From a virus (lineage: Duplodnaviria; Caudoviricetes), in IMG/VR virus record IMGVR_UViG_3300029305_003259, positions 1 through 64,000 of that record: a stretch of DNA of 64,000 bases; one strand, written 5' to 3'. This document shows, in pieces, positions 37,029-46,248 of this stretch. Numbering within the stretch: position 1 is the first letter of the stretch; each line of letters starts with the position of its first letter. Below the pieces are notes generated by a model. That model was given only the letters and a program-made list of their open reading frames with translations, was not told the origin of the DNA and made no database searches. Position numbers and translations under genes: made by a program.

Positions 37029-37796
37029 ATGGCTGCTATTAATGTAAATAACCTAGTTTTTGACAAGGTTCTTCGTGTCGTTGCTTTTAGCAAGTCTGAC
37101 GACGCTTATCTATACAGCATGACCCAGGTTCAGGATGCTGCTATCAATGGCGCTGCTGAGGCTACTGAGGTTCTAGACAACGTCGGTGCTCGTATCATGA
37201 CCCTATATCGTGCTAAGACTGCTGAGTTCTCTGGCGCTAACGCTCTATTTGATCTAGGCCTACTTAGCGCTCAGGTTGGCTCTAAGAAGGTTGTAGGCGC
37301 TGCTACTGTTCCCGCTTTTGAGACCCTAGAGGTTGGTGGCGAGATGAAGCTAGCTCATACTCCTGCTGGCGAGATCACTGAGATCTTTGCTCTAAATGGT
37401 GATAGCTCTCTAGGCACCAAGTATGTTGCTGGTACTGCTGCTTCTGAGACTGAATTCGTAATTACTGGTGATGCTATTACTGCTCCTACTGGTCTAGAGG
37501 CTGGCACCAAGCTATTCGTTATGTATGATTACGAGGCCACTGATGCTGTTACTGTTGTCAATGAGTCCAATGCTTTCCCCAAGGCTGTTAAGCTAGTAAT
37601 CGAGGCTCTATGCTATGATCCTTGTGACCAGGATAACAAGATTCTCTGCTACATCACTGCTAAGAATGCCATCATGTCTTCTGACTTCGATGTAACTCTA
37701 GCTGCTGGCGAGACTCATCCTTTCACCTATCAGCTACAGCAGGATTACTGCGACAGCGAGAAGAGACTATACGAGGTAGTTGTCGTAGAGGACTAA
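37029..37796 (+). CDS. major tail tube protein
   Basis: 255 aa, capsid-like codon bias, followed by a terminator. Confidence 0.75.
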   Translation: MAAINVNNLVFDKVLRVVAFSKSDDAYLYSMTQVQDAAINGAAEATEVLDNVGARIMTLYRAKTAEFSGANALFDLGLLSAQVGSKKVVGAATVPAFETLEVGGEMKLAHTPAGEITEIFALNGDSSLGTKYVAGTAASETEFVITGDAITAPTGLEAGTKLFVMYDYEATDAVTVVNESNAFPKAVKLVIEALCYDPCDQDNKILCYITAKNAIMSSDFDVTLAAGETHPFTYQLQQDYCDSEKRLYEVVVVED

Positions 37797-37811
37797 TCTC
37801 TACTATTATCT

Positions 37812-37839
37812 GGGCAGGTGCAATAGTGCCTGCCCTTTT
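37812..37839 (+). terminator. intrinsic terminator
   Basis: GGGCAGG/CCTGCCC stem + TTTT. Confidence 0.75.
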
Positions 37840-37864
37840 AAATAATTAGAAAAGGAGGGTGATT

Positions 37865-38284
37865 ATGGCAAAGTCTAAACGTGCGTGCTACTTATGTGGC
37901 TCCAAATATGAGTACTGTGACTGCAATCGCCAACCTGCCTATATGGCTACATTCTGCTCAGAAAATTGCAGAGATATCTTTAGATCTTTATCTTCTTACG
38001 GCGCTGGTCTTATTTCGGCTGAAGATTGTAAAGAATTACTAGATTGCTGTGATTTGAGCAGTAAAGATTCCTATAAAGAGTCAATTCGCAACACCATTAA
38101 TAATTTCTATGCTACTCCTGTAGTAACAATCGAGGAACCCGAAGTAGTAGTTGCGGAACCCATTGTTGAGGAACAAATTGAAGAGACTGTAATAGAACCA
38201 GTTGTGATCGAGGAAATTGTTCCTGAGTATTTTGAGCGTAAAAGCAAGAAACGCAATCATGAAGTAGTTTTAGAAGATATCTAA
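37865..38284 (+). CDS. Zn-binding protein with acidic tail
   Basis: CYLC..CDC..CSENC. Confidence 0.65.
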   Translation: MAKSKRACYLCGSKYEYCDCNRQPAYMATFCSENCRDIFRSLSSYGAGLISAEDCKELLDCCDLSSKDSYKESIRNTINNFYATPVVTIEEPEVVVAEPIVEEQIEETVIEPVVIEEIVPEYFERKSKKRNHEVVLEDI

Positions 38285-38318
38285 TAAGGTACTACTTTAT
38301 GTGGTGCCTTATTTTTTT
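38283..38318 (+). terminator. intrinsic terminator
   Basis: AATAAGGTACTAC/GTGGTGCCTTATT + T-tract. Confidence 0.7.
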
Positions 38319-38339
38319 AGGCCAAAAGGAGAAGATACT

Positions 38340-38558
38340 ATGACTAAAAGTGGATTAATTCCGGGTGTTGAATATAGTCCAACAAATGTTGCTTATATTA
38401 CTAATTTGCGCCAAGCATATTTATATTTGCGCAATGGTGCCAAATTGGTCGATATTCTATATTTTGATACCAAAAATGATTCCTTAGTATTTTTGTTTGA
38501 AAAGTCTCAACACCTCAAACTATTATATGAACTTTGGAATAAACATGAATTAGTATAA
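38340..38558 (+). CDS. DUF5659-like small protein
   Basis: QAYLYLRNGA...LVFLFEK...LYELW. Confidence 0.6.
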   Translation: MTKSGLIPGVEYSPTNVAYITNLRQAYLYLRNGAKLVDILYFDTKNDSLVFLFEKSQHLKLLYELWNKHELV

Positions 38559-38583
38559 AACTCCAACAGAAAGGAGTGAGAAA

Positions 38584-39444
38584 ATGTATACTATTTTAAT
38601 CAATGAAAACAATGAACTTATTACTACTGTGCGTGAGCGCATTATGCAGCGTAGCAAACTTGTAGATAATCTACACTTTCTAATGGCTCCAACCTACAAA
38701 GGTCTTGATATGACTAAGTTTACTGCCGTTATGGAATTTGTCACTCCTGCCAGTAGAGAATTAAAGACTGAAATTTTGAACAGATCAGAGTCATTGTATA
38801 AAGATATGATTGAATATAAAATGGCAATCGATACTGTCATTACCAAAGAAGCTGGCCCTGTTGAAATTACATTGACTTTTACATATGCTGAAATGGATGC
38901 AGACGGAAATGTAATTCAACATGTTCGCAAGACTGGCGTAACTACTTTGAATATTATTGCCGTCCCAACTTGGTGCAATGTTATTCCTGACAGTGCCCTT
39001 AATGCATTTGATCAACGACTTATTGCAATGGATGCTCGTATCAATGCTCTTGATGAATTGAGCGCTGAGCTTGATGCTGTTAAGGCAGATGACATTACTT
39101 ATAATAAGGATGATAATTCTCTACAATTAATGTCTAATGATAAGTTGATTGGTCAAAAGGTTTATTTAAATAGCTATGGATCTGGAATTACCAAAATTCG
39201 TATTGATGACGATGGTAATCTTATCGTGGTTTATAGCAGCGGAGAAGAGGAAGTTATTGGCAAGGTTTCTGGAGATTGTGGTGGCATTTACGTGCCTACA
39301 ATTACCCCTGATGGAATCTTGACTTTTACACTCCAAGATTCTCCCGGCGAAGAAACTATTAGCTATGATATCAATCCTGATAACGAGTGGTCTGATGACC
39401 CAGCTAAACCTGCTGGTTCAGATTATGTCTGGGACACTTTGTGA
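38584..39444 (+). CDS. BppU-like structural adaptor
   Basis: N-terminal beta domain (ITKEAGPVEITLTF), coiled coil, fibre-like repeats. Confidence 0.55.
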   Translation: MYTILINENNELITTVRERIMQRSKLVDNLHFLMAPTYKGLDMTKFTAVMEFVTPASRELKTEILNRSESLYKDMIEYKMAIDTVITKEAGPVEITLTFTYAEMDADGNVIQHVRKTGVTTLNIIAVPTWCNVIPDSALNAFDQRLIAMDARINALDELSAELDAVKADDITYNKDDNSLQLMSNDKLIGQKVYLNSYGSGITKIRIDDDGNLIVVYSSGEEEVIGKVSGDCGGIYVPTITPDGILTFTLQDSPGEETISYDINPDNEWSDDPAKPAGSDYVWDTL

Positions 39445-39496
39445 TAAGAACATGAAGATCATGTTTTTATAAATATTTTAATGAAAGGAGATAAAA

Positions 39497-41077
39497 ATGG
39501 CTAATCAGAATGTAAGATTTTATTCTGTCGATTTGAAATCCAAATTCGACGCATTACAACCAAAAGACGCATATGCACTGTATTGGATCGAAGAAACTAA
39601 AGAGCTATTTAAAGGAGCAACACTCTTTGGTACTGGTGCAGAAGCAAGCGAAAAGGCCGCAGGTCTATTATCCGCAACTGATTATGCAGAACTTAAAAAG
39701 CTTATTGCCTCTGGCCCTGCTAAAACTCTGACACCTGTTGATGGAACTATTTCTATCGAAAACGATAAGATTGGTGTCAAGGTTTCTAAGACCGAAGGCA
39801 ACCTAATCGCAGTTAATGATGATGGTCTATTCGCAGCCGTCAAATCTGTATCCATAGATCAGGTCACTGGCCTTAAAGATGAACTTGATTCCATCAAGAA
39901 TGCTGCTGTTGGCGGAATTCACTACAAAGGCAATGTTCCAACCGTGGATGATCTACCTGACGATGCCGATCAGGGCGATATGTATGAAGTCGTTGCTGAT
40001 GGCTCCGAGTGGGCCTTCAATGGCGAGAAGTGGTTTGAGTATGGCACCGCACATTTTGTTCCAGTATCTGGCGCTGGAATTGATATTAGTGGCAGCACCA
40101 TTTCTGCAAAAATAAGTGCCGCTGCAGATAACTCTCTTGTTGTTGCGGAAGACGGTGGACTATTTGTACCAGAGTGTGATTTCACAGATAAAGACCGTGT
40201 TACCATTGATACCCTACCAATGCTTTATGTGACTAATGACAAAATGAACAATGCGATTGCCCGTGCTATTGCAGACAATTGTATGGTATGGGAAGAGCTT
40301 GGAGCTACTGTTGGAGTTGCAAAAATCGGAAATACATATTATCCAACAATTAATGCGGCTATTGCTGCAGCAAACGCCGGTGATACAATTAAGGTTGTAG
40401 CTGGTACTTATAGCGGTATTGAGTTTACAGATAGCACAAAAGCTAATATCACTCTGCTTGGCGAAGATGGTGTTTATGTTGGCAAGGTTCGTTTAGTAGA
40501 TACTGCCAACTATGGTGCGCCTGATGGCTTGACATTAAAGAACATCACATTCAATGGTGAGGGCATCACCGCACATGATGATACAATTAACAACATGTCT
40601 ATTGTCGGTTGTGACTTTGTTGACGGCGCAGTTATTCATATTGGAGACTGCGTAACCGATGGCCTTATCATTGAAAATTGCGAATTTGAGGCAACTAATA
40701 GTGCTGTAAATAGTCCTGAGAAGACCGCTATCCTGGTTCAGGGCACTTCTAAGAATGTTATTATTCGTGGAAATAATATCAAGGATTCTGAACACAATGC
40801 AATCCAGGTTGTTGGAGTAAGCGGATCTATGCTCGTTGATAGCAATACTATTTCTAATACTGGTAGCCGCGCAATGCGTATTACTACCAAAGATGGCGCA
40901 GTTCTAGCTATTATGAACAATACTATTACTAACGTTAATATCAATCCTTCCGAAGCAGAAGAAAACGATGGCCAAATCATAAAGATTACAGGTTCTGTTG
41001 TCGATGGCGCTATCGCTAATAACACCTATGATAATAACGAAATCGTCTTTAATGACGGTATTGGAAAAATTATTTAA
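39497..41077 (+). CDS. fibre/spike protein with C-terminal parallel beta-helix
   Basis: YPTINAAIAAA..GDTIKV.AGTY then I.NN.I repeats. Confidence 0.75.
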   Translation: MANQNVRFYSVDLKSKFDALQPKDAYALYWIEETKELFKGATLFGTGAEASEKAAGLLSATDYAELKKLIASGPAKTLTPVDGTISIENDKIGVKVSKTEGNLIAVNDDGLFAAVKSVSIDQVTGLKDELDSIKNAAVGGIHYKGNVPTVDDLPDDADQGDMYEVVADGSEWAFNGEKWFEYGTAHFVPVSGAGIDISGSTISAKISAAADNSLVVAEDGGLFVPECDFTDKDRVTIDTLPMLYVTNDKMNNAIARAIADNCMVWEELGATVGVAKIGNTYYPTINAAIAAANAGDTIKVVAGTYSGIEFTDSTKANITLLGEDGVYVGKVRLVDTANYGAPDGLTLKNITFNGEGITAHDDTINNMSIVGCDFVDGAVIHIGDCVTDGLIIENCEFEATNSAVNSPEKTAILVQGTSKNVIIRGNNIKDSEHNAIQVVGVSGSMLVDSNTISNTGSRAMRITTKDGAVLAIMNNTITNVNINPSEAEENDGQIIKITGSVVDGAIANNTYDNNEIVFNDGIGKII

Positions 41078-41101
41078 TAAATATTTAGGAGGAAATAAAT
41101 T

Positions 41102-43234
41102 ATGGCTGATATGATTAAGTTTTATAAAGGTCTAGTAGGATCCCTACCCGCAACTGGCACTAATGGTGCTCTATACATTACTACTGACGAGGGTGGCATT
41201 TATCTAGGCACCGGCACCGGCATGAAGCGCCTAGGCGACTTTGTACAGGTCGACAACGTTGCCTCTCTACCTGAAAAGGCTCATGAGAACTGCCTATATT
41301 ACTGCGTTGCTGAGAACATTCTCGCTAAGTGGAACGGCACTGAGTGGAAGCAGGTAAATAAGCAGCCCACTACTGAGGAGCTAAAGACTCTACTAGGTCT
41401 AGGCACTCTAGCTTATAAGTCTGAGGTTGCCGAGGGTGACCTAAATGCCGATCTAAAGGCTAAGGTTAATGCCGCTGCCGAGGGCAACCATAGCCACGAT
41501 AACAAGGCCCTACTAGACACTTACACTCAGACTGAGGCCAATCTTGCTGACGCTGTTGCTAAGAAGCATGCTCACGCCAATGCTGATGAACTAGCTAAGA
41601 TCGCTGATGGTGACAAGGCTAAGTGGGATGCCGTTGCTGCTGACCATCTAACTTCTGCCGATAAGACCACTCTTGAGAATTCCATTAAGGAAGCCAAGAA
41701 GGCTGGCACTGATGCCAACACCGCTCTTGAGACTTACAAGGTAAGTAATGATGCTCGTGTCCTAGCCGTTGAGGAAGATATCGCTGAAATCACCAATGCT
41801 GATAATGGCATTCTAGCTCAGGCTAAGACCTATGCCGATGGCAAGGATACTGCTATTGCCGAGGCTAAGGCTGCTGGTACTACTGCTCAGTCTAATCTTG
41901 AGGCTTATCAGACTTCCAACAACGAGGCTCTTGCTGGCGTAAAGGCTACTGCCGATGCCGCTGCTGTCAAGACTGAGGTTGAGACTGCTCTAGCTGGCAA
42001 GGTTGATAAGGTCGAGGGCAAGTCCCTAGTATCTGATACTGAAATTGCTAGACTTGGTGCTATGTCTGATGGCGCTAATAAGGTAGAGGCTTCTACTGTT
42101 AACGGCAAGATCAAGATTGATGGTGTTGAGACTACTGTTTATACACATCCTGCTGAGCATGCTATCTCTGAAATCACTGGTCTACAGGATGCCCTAGACG
42201 GCAAGCAGGCTGCTGGCGACTATGCTACTAAGGCCGAGGCCCAGGGTTATGCCAATGCTAAGGATGAAGCTATTGCCGCTGCTAAGAAGGCTGGCGAAGA
42301 TGCTCAGGCTGATGTAGACAATCTTGAGGCTTATGTTGGCACCTTCACTGCTTCTGAAGGCGTAGACACCGTTGTTAAGTACATCGATGCTAAGACTGCC
42401 AACATCGCTTCTGATGAAACTGTTGGCGCCCTAGCTGATCGTGTTGAGCAGGCCGAGAAGGATATTGATGCCATTGAGGCTGATTATCTAAAGGCCGCTG
42501 ACAAGACCGAGCTATCTGATGCTATTTCTGCCGAGAAGACTCGTGCTGAAGGTATTGAGGGTGGTCTACGTACCGATGTCGATGCTATTAAGGCCGACTA
42601 TCTAAAGGCTGCTGACAAGACTGCCCTACAGGAGCAGATCACCACTAATGCGAATGCTATCGAGAGACTAACCAATGGTGTTAGCGCTGATGAAATCGAT
42701 GGTGTTAATGATCTAATTGAATATGTAAACGAGCATGGTACCGAAGTTACCGGCATGAAGGAAGACATCAAGGAAAACGCTGATGCTATTGCCGCCATCA
42801 ATAACGAGACTACCGGTATTCTTGCTAAGGCTAAGGAGCATGCTGATGGTCTAAATACTGCTATGGATGCTCGTGTTGCCGAACTAGAGGCCATTGACCA
42901 TGATGCTTATGTTGCCGCCGATACTGCTCTAAAGGGTGAGATCGTTGGCACTGCTGACGATGCTTCTTCTGCCAACACCATCAATGGTGCTAAGAAGTAC
43001 GCTGAAGAGAAGGCTGCCGCTGCTCAGTCTGCTGCTGAGTCTACTGCTTCTGGTGCTCTTGCTTCTGCTAAGACCGAACTAGAAGGTAAGATTACTGATG
43101 GCGACGCTGCTACCCTAGCTTCCGCTAAGGAAGATGCCGCTGCCAAGGTTAAGGAGCTAGCAGATGGTGCTGTTGCTGACAATGCTGCTGCTATTGAAGA
43201 TATTAACTCTCAGCTCGAGTGGGGCACTTTTTAA
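41102..43234 (+). CDS. long Ala-rich coiled-coil fibre protein
   Basis: 710 aa; AKxYAD and IxADYLKAADKTxL repeats; strong codon bias. Confidence 0.75.
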   Translation: MADMIKFYKGLVGSLPATGTNGALYITTDEGGIYLGTGTGMKRLGDFVQVDNVASLPEKAHENCLYYCVAENILAKWNGTEWKQVNKQPTTEELKTLLGLGTLAYKSEVAEGDLNADLKAKVNAAAEGNHSHDNKALLDTYTQTEANLADAVAKKHAHANADELAKIADGDKAKWDAVAADHLTSADKTTLENSIKEAKKAGTDANTALETYKVSNDARVLAVEEDIAEITNADNGILAQAKTYADGKDTAIAEAKAAGTTAQSNLEAYQTSNNEALAGVKATADAAAVKTEVETALAGKVDKVEGKSLVSDTEIARLGAMSDGANKVEASTVNGKIKIDGVETTVYTHPAEHAISEITGLQDALDGKQAAGDYATKAEAQGYANAKDEAIAAAKKAGEDAQADVDNLEAYVGTFTASEGVDTVVKYIDAKTANIASDETVGALADRVEQAEKDIDAIEADYLKAADKTELSDAISAEKTRAEGIEGGLRTDVDAIKADYLKAADKTALQEQITTNANAIERLTNGVSADEIDGVNDLIEYVNEHGTEVTGMKEDIKENADAIAAINNETTGILAKAKEHADGLNTAMDARVAELEAIDHDAYVAADTALKGEIVGTADDASSANTINGAKKYAEEKAAAAQSAAESTASGALASAKTELEGKITDGDAATLASAKEDAAAKVKELADGAVADNAAAIEDINSQLEWGTF

Positions 43235-43251
43235 TTGATTAACTAAATTAT

Positions 43252-43283
43252 GGGCTAGTGGGGAAACTCACTAGCCCTCTTTT
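43252..43283 (+). terminator. intrinsic terminator
   Basis: GGGCTAGTGGG-GAAA-CTCACTAGCCC + T-rich tract. Confidence 0.8.
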
Positions 43284-43402
43284 AAAATTTGATACCTAGC
43301 ACTTTAACTTCGAAAATAATAGTTGGCTTTGGACGGTAAGATACGCAAAGCTGCTTTAACATAAAGCCAACTAAACATATTCTTTAGAAAGGAAATGATT
43401 TA

Positions 43403-44278
43403 ATGGCACTTTTTAAAGTAAATCGTGGAAATAGCTCAAACCTACCTGCTACTATGACAGACGGCTGGGCATATTTTTGCACTGATACCGCAGAGTTTTT
43501 TATTGACTATGCTGATGAAAATGGCGATTTGCATCGTAAGAAAATTAATGCTAAAGATGCCGAAACCATTGGCGGAGTAAGTCTTGATGAGGCTATGGAG
43601 CCTTTAGATCCATATCTGGAATATTGGTGGATAGTCCCAGAAGGATATCAGGTGTATGCTCAACAAGTAGAAGAGAATTATAGTTACACCTACGGTTCTT
43701 CGTCCGCGTGGTTCTCAGATAGTTTCAATCCATCTACTGGTGATTATAATGTTACCGTTTATTATGGCGATTCGTTCACATTTAATCCGGTGACAGGTAA
43801 GTATACCATTGAAAACCCTGTGGAATATACAGATAAGTATACCACTTTTGTTAGCGAAGCACCATCTTTGATGCTTAACAAATTTGTGGCGGCGAACAGT
43901 CCAGAGGCGAATATTATTATGTACTTCGTTTCTGGTACTACTATCGAGGATTATGTATATCAAAATATGTATAATGATATGAGGGTTCGATTCCAACCAC
44001 AGAATGTTACACGCTATTATCGTACACAAGTTGATACTAATTTCGTATCCGCTGAGACACAAAATGCTTATTCTGAAGATGATGGCTTCATCGCTCTAGG
44101 CACCATTAAGGACAAAGTTCTAGACCTAGCGCTAGAAGCAGAATCAACACCAAAATATGATGTGGTAACAGCCTTAAATAATAGCGAAACTGAAATTCCA
44201 ACTTCAAGCGCTGTATATAAGGCGATAGAAACTCAGACAGGTATGGCAAACGTATTTGCCACAGCGACAATTTTATAA
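43403..44278 (+). CDS. fibre-associated protein
   Basis: N-terminus related to that of 41102 (RG..LP...G..Y..TD). Confidence 0.65.
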   Translation: MALFKVNRGNSSNLPATMTDGWAYFCTDTAEFFIDYADENGDLHRKKINAKDAETIGGVSLDEAMEPLDPYLEYWWIVPEGYQVYAQQVEENYSYTYGSSSAWFSDSFNPSTGDYNVTVYYGDSFTFNPVTGKYTIENPVEYTDKYTTFVSEAPSLMLNKFVAANSPEANIIMYFVSGTTIEDYVYQNMYNDMRVRFQPQNVTRYYRTQVDTNFVSAETQNAYSEDDGFIALGTIKDKVLDLALEAESTPKYDVVTALNNSETEIPTSSAVYKAIETQTGMANVFATATIL

Positions 44279-44290
44279 AGGAGTGATAAT

Positions 44291-45532
44291 ATGGCAATTT
44301 TAAATATAACCTTACCGGAAGGCGCAGTTGTATGTAATGGTAAACAAGTAACATTCCGTGCCCCATGTGATTGCGTCGGAGTAACCGGTATTGCCATTGA
44401 AGGCGTAACATATGCCCTTTTGGATACAACTGATGCACCAGTTAATTCTATTAGTGCATTCGTAACAGGCGCATTGGTTACCGTAGTTTTGGATACTGAA
44501 AACAATAAAGCTTACATTCAGAATGGTAGCGCCGCAGCTGCTGGTGTTCCTAGAAGAGTTGCCGTAAAGCTACTTGCTTCTGGATGGGATTCCGAAAATT
44601 CTCAGATTGTTGATGTTTTAGGTTTGTCCATTGATGAAACCGAGCAACTTGTTCATATATTCCCAGCGAATAATGTTGTATATGCCGAGTCTGGCATTGT
44701 TGCAGAAACTTATGAGGCTGGTAAGCTAAAATTCACAGCGGAAACAATTCCAACAGTCGATCTTGATATCTCCATTATTATTGAAGAATTAGGCACTCAA
44801 AATCCTGATGCTCCTAGTAATGTAGAATTCGTAGCAGTTGATCTGCCCATTTCTTCTACTGTTCCTACTAGCCATGATGTTTGGGTAGATCCAGAAGATG
44901 ATGGAACCGTAGAGGTTGCATCTAATGCTGTAATAAAGTATAAGGATCCTGTTACTGGAGATATTAAAAAAATTGGCGGCGGTGGATCAGGTATTCTTAT
45001 CAGCGAAGAAATCCCTGATAACGTTGAAGTCTGGATCGATCCTGATGAAGAGGATCAGACCGATAATTTCTACACCATGGCACAGAGTGATGCGAGATTT
45101 GCAGGCATTGATTTGTCCAACGTGTCCAATGAAGACATGTTGGCGAAGATGCAGGCATCCGGGTATAGTCTGCCTGGAAACATTGGTGAGTATTACTCCG
45201 CAACTGGAACAGTTGCTTCTGTTTACAAAGAATACACTGAGATTGCTTCTTTGACAGTGCCAGCTGGTACTTATTTGTTTATAGCTTACACAGAAATAAG
45301 CATTGATGCTGCGGATACTGTTATCAATGCGTCATTTAATTTTGGCAACACCTCGCCCAGCGGTTGGACTTGCGGCGCTGTTAGAACCACTGGTGCTGGA
45401 GGTGGCGGTGCTGTTAGTGTGGGTCTTGGAGTGAATGAAATCGACAATATAACCGCCACGCTCACAGGTTATGGAGGCAAAAATGCAACCTATAATTATA
45501 TTGGCAAAATTTTGGCTGTGCGTTTGGCATAA
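44291..45532 (+). CDS. fibre protein
   Basis: L.ASGW domain, VW.DP repeats, C-terminal beta-rich knob. Confidence 0.6.
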   Translation: MAILNITLPEGAVVCNGKQVTFRAPCDCVGVTGIAIEGVTYALLDTTDAPVNSISAFVTGALVTVVLDTENNKAYIQNGSAAAAGVPRRVAVKLLASGWDSENSQIVDVLGLSIDETEQLVHIFPANNVVYAESGIVAETYEAGKLKFTAETIPTVDLDISIIIEELGTQNPDAPSNVEFVAVDLPISSTVPTSHDVWVDPEDDGTVEVASNAVIKYKDPVTGDIKKIGGGGSGILISEEIPDNVEVWIDPDEEDQTDNFYTMAQSDARFAGIDLSNVSNEDMLAKMQASGYSLPGNIGEYYSATGTVASVYKEYTEIASLTVPAGTYLFIAYTEISIDAADTVINASFNFGNTSPSGWTCGAVRTTGAGGGGAVSVGLGVNEIDNITATLTGYGGKNATYNYIGKILAVRLA

Positions 45533-45538
45533 GAAGGG

Positions 45539-45931
45539 GTGAAAGAATTGTTTATTATTGAGATTACGTCTAATGAAAACGGTTTTCACCGGATGGAAAG
45601 CCAGAGTCATAAAACAGAGAATTGGAAGGACGGTTATGCCGTAGTTCCCGAAGAAATGGTTCCCGCCATTGATGCCACTTTTGGTTTCTGTGATATTGAA
45701 GTGGTGGACGGTGTTGTGGTTTCTTTTACCGCAATGGAACATCCTGCGCCCCCTCTTTCTATTGAAGGCCAGATCGCGGAATTGAAGGCACAGTTGGCGG
45801 CAACAGATTACATGGTTATCAAGTGTTCTGAGGCTCAGCTAGTAGGTGAAGAATTTCCCTACGACGTTGTTGCTTTGCACGCTGAGAGACAAGAAATAAG
45901 AAATAAAATTAATGCATTGGAGGTACAATAA
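45539..45931 (+). CDS. fibre assembly chaperone-like protein
   Basis: IAELKAQLAATDY..IK..E...RQ..R.KIN.LE pattern. Confidence 0.65.
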   Translation: MKELFIIEITSNENGFHRMESQSHKTENWKDGYAVVPEEMVPAIDATFGFCDIEVVDGVVVSFTAMEHPAPPLSIEGQIAELKAQLAATDYMVIKCSEAQLVGEEFPYDVVALHAERQEIRNKINALEVQ

Positions 45932-46248
45932 TGGCTGTATTAAAATATAAAGACCCAACTACTGGCGAAGTTTGCACAGTAGGAGCACCTAAGATAAAAG
46001 CTCCAACTTATGTATCTTCAACTATGTTAGCCACCTCTTGGGTAGACAACACTTATAGCTTCGAAGCTGACTACCCACATGTAGATTTTGATATTTCAAT
46101 TGAGGTAGCTCCTACTGCTACCGTAGAACAATTCGAGGCATTTGGAGAAGCAATGATTTGTGGCTCAGCCGATACTAATATTGCCACTGCGATTAATGGA
46201 GCACCTTCTATTGACATTCCAATTGTCATAAAGGTGGTGGGTAAATGA
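45931..46248 (+). CDS. small fibre adaptor
   Basis: shares KYKDP.TG and L..SW motifs with 44291. Confidence 0.6.
   Translation: MAVLKYKDPTTGEVCTVGAPKIKAPTYVSSTMLATSWVDNTYSFEADYPHVDFDISIEVAPTATVEQFEAFGEAMICGSADTNIATAINGAPSIDIPIVIKVVGK

Noticed and set aside
43320-43373. c-di-GMP-I riboswitch (ACGCAAAGC inside an 11-bp inverted repeat)
   Set aside because: The GCAAAC/GAAA tetraloop-receptor architecture is missing; only a plain stem is supported.
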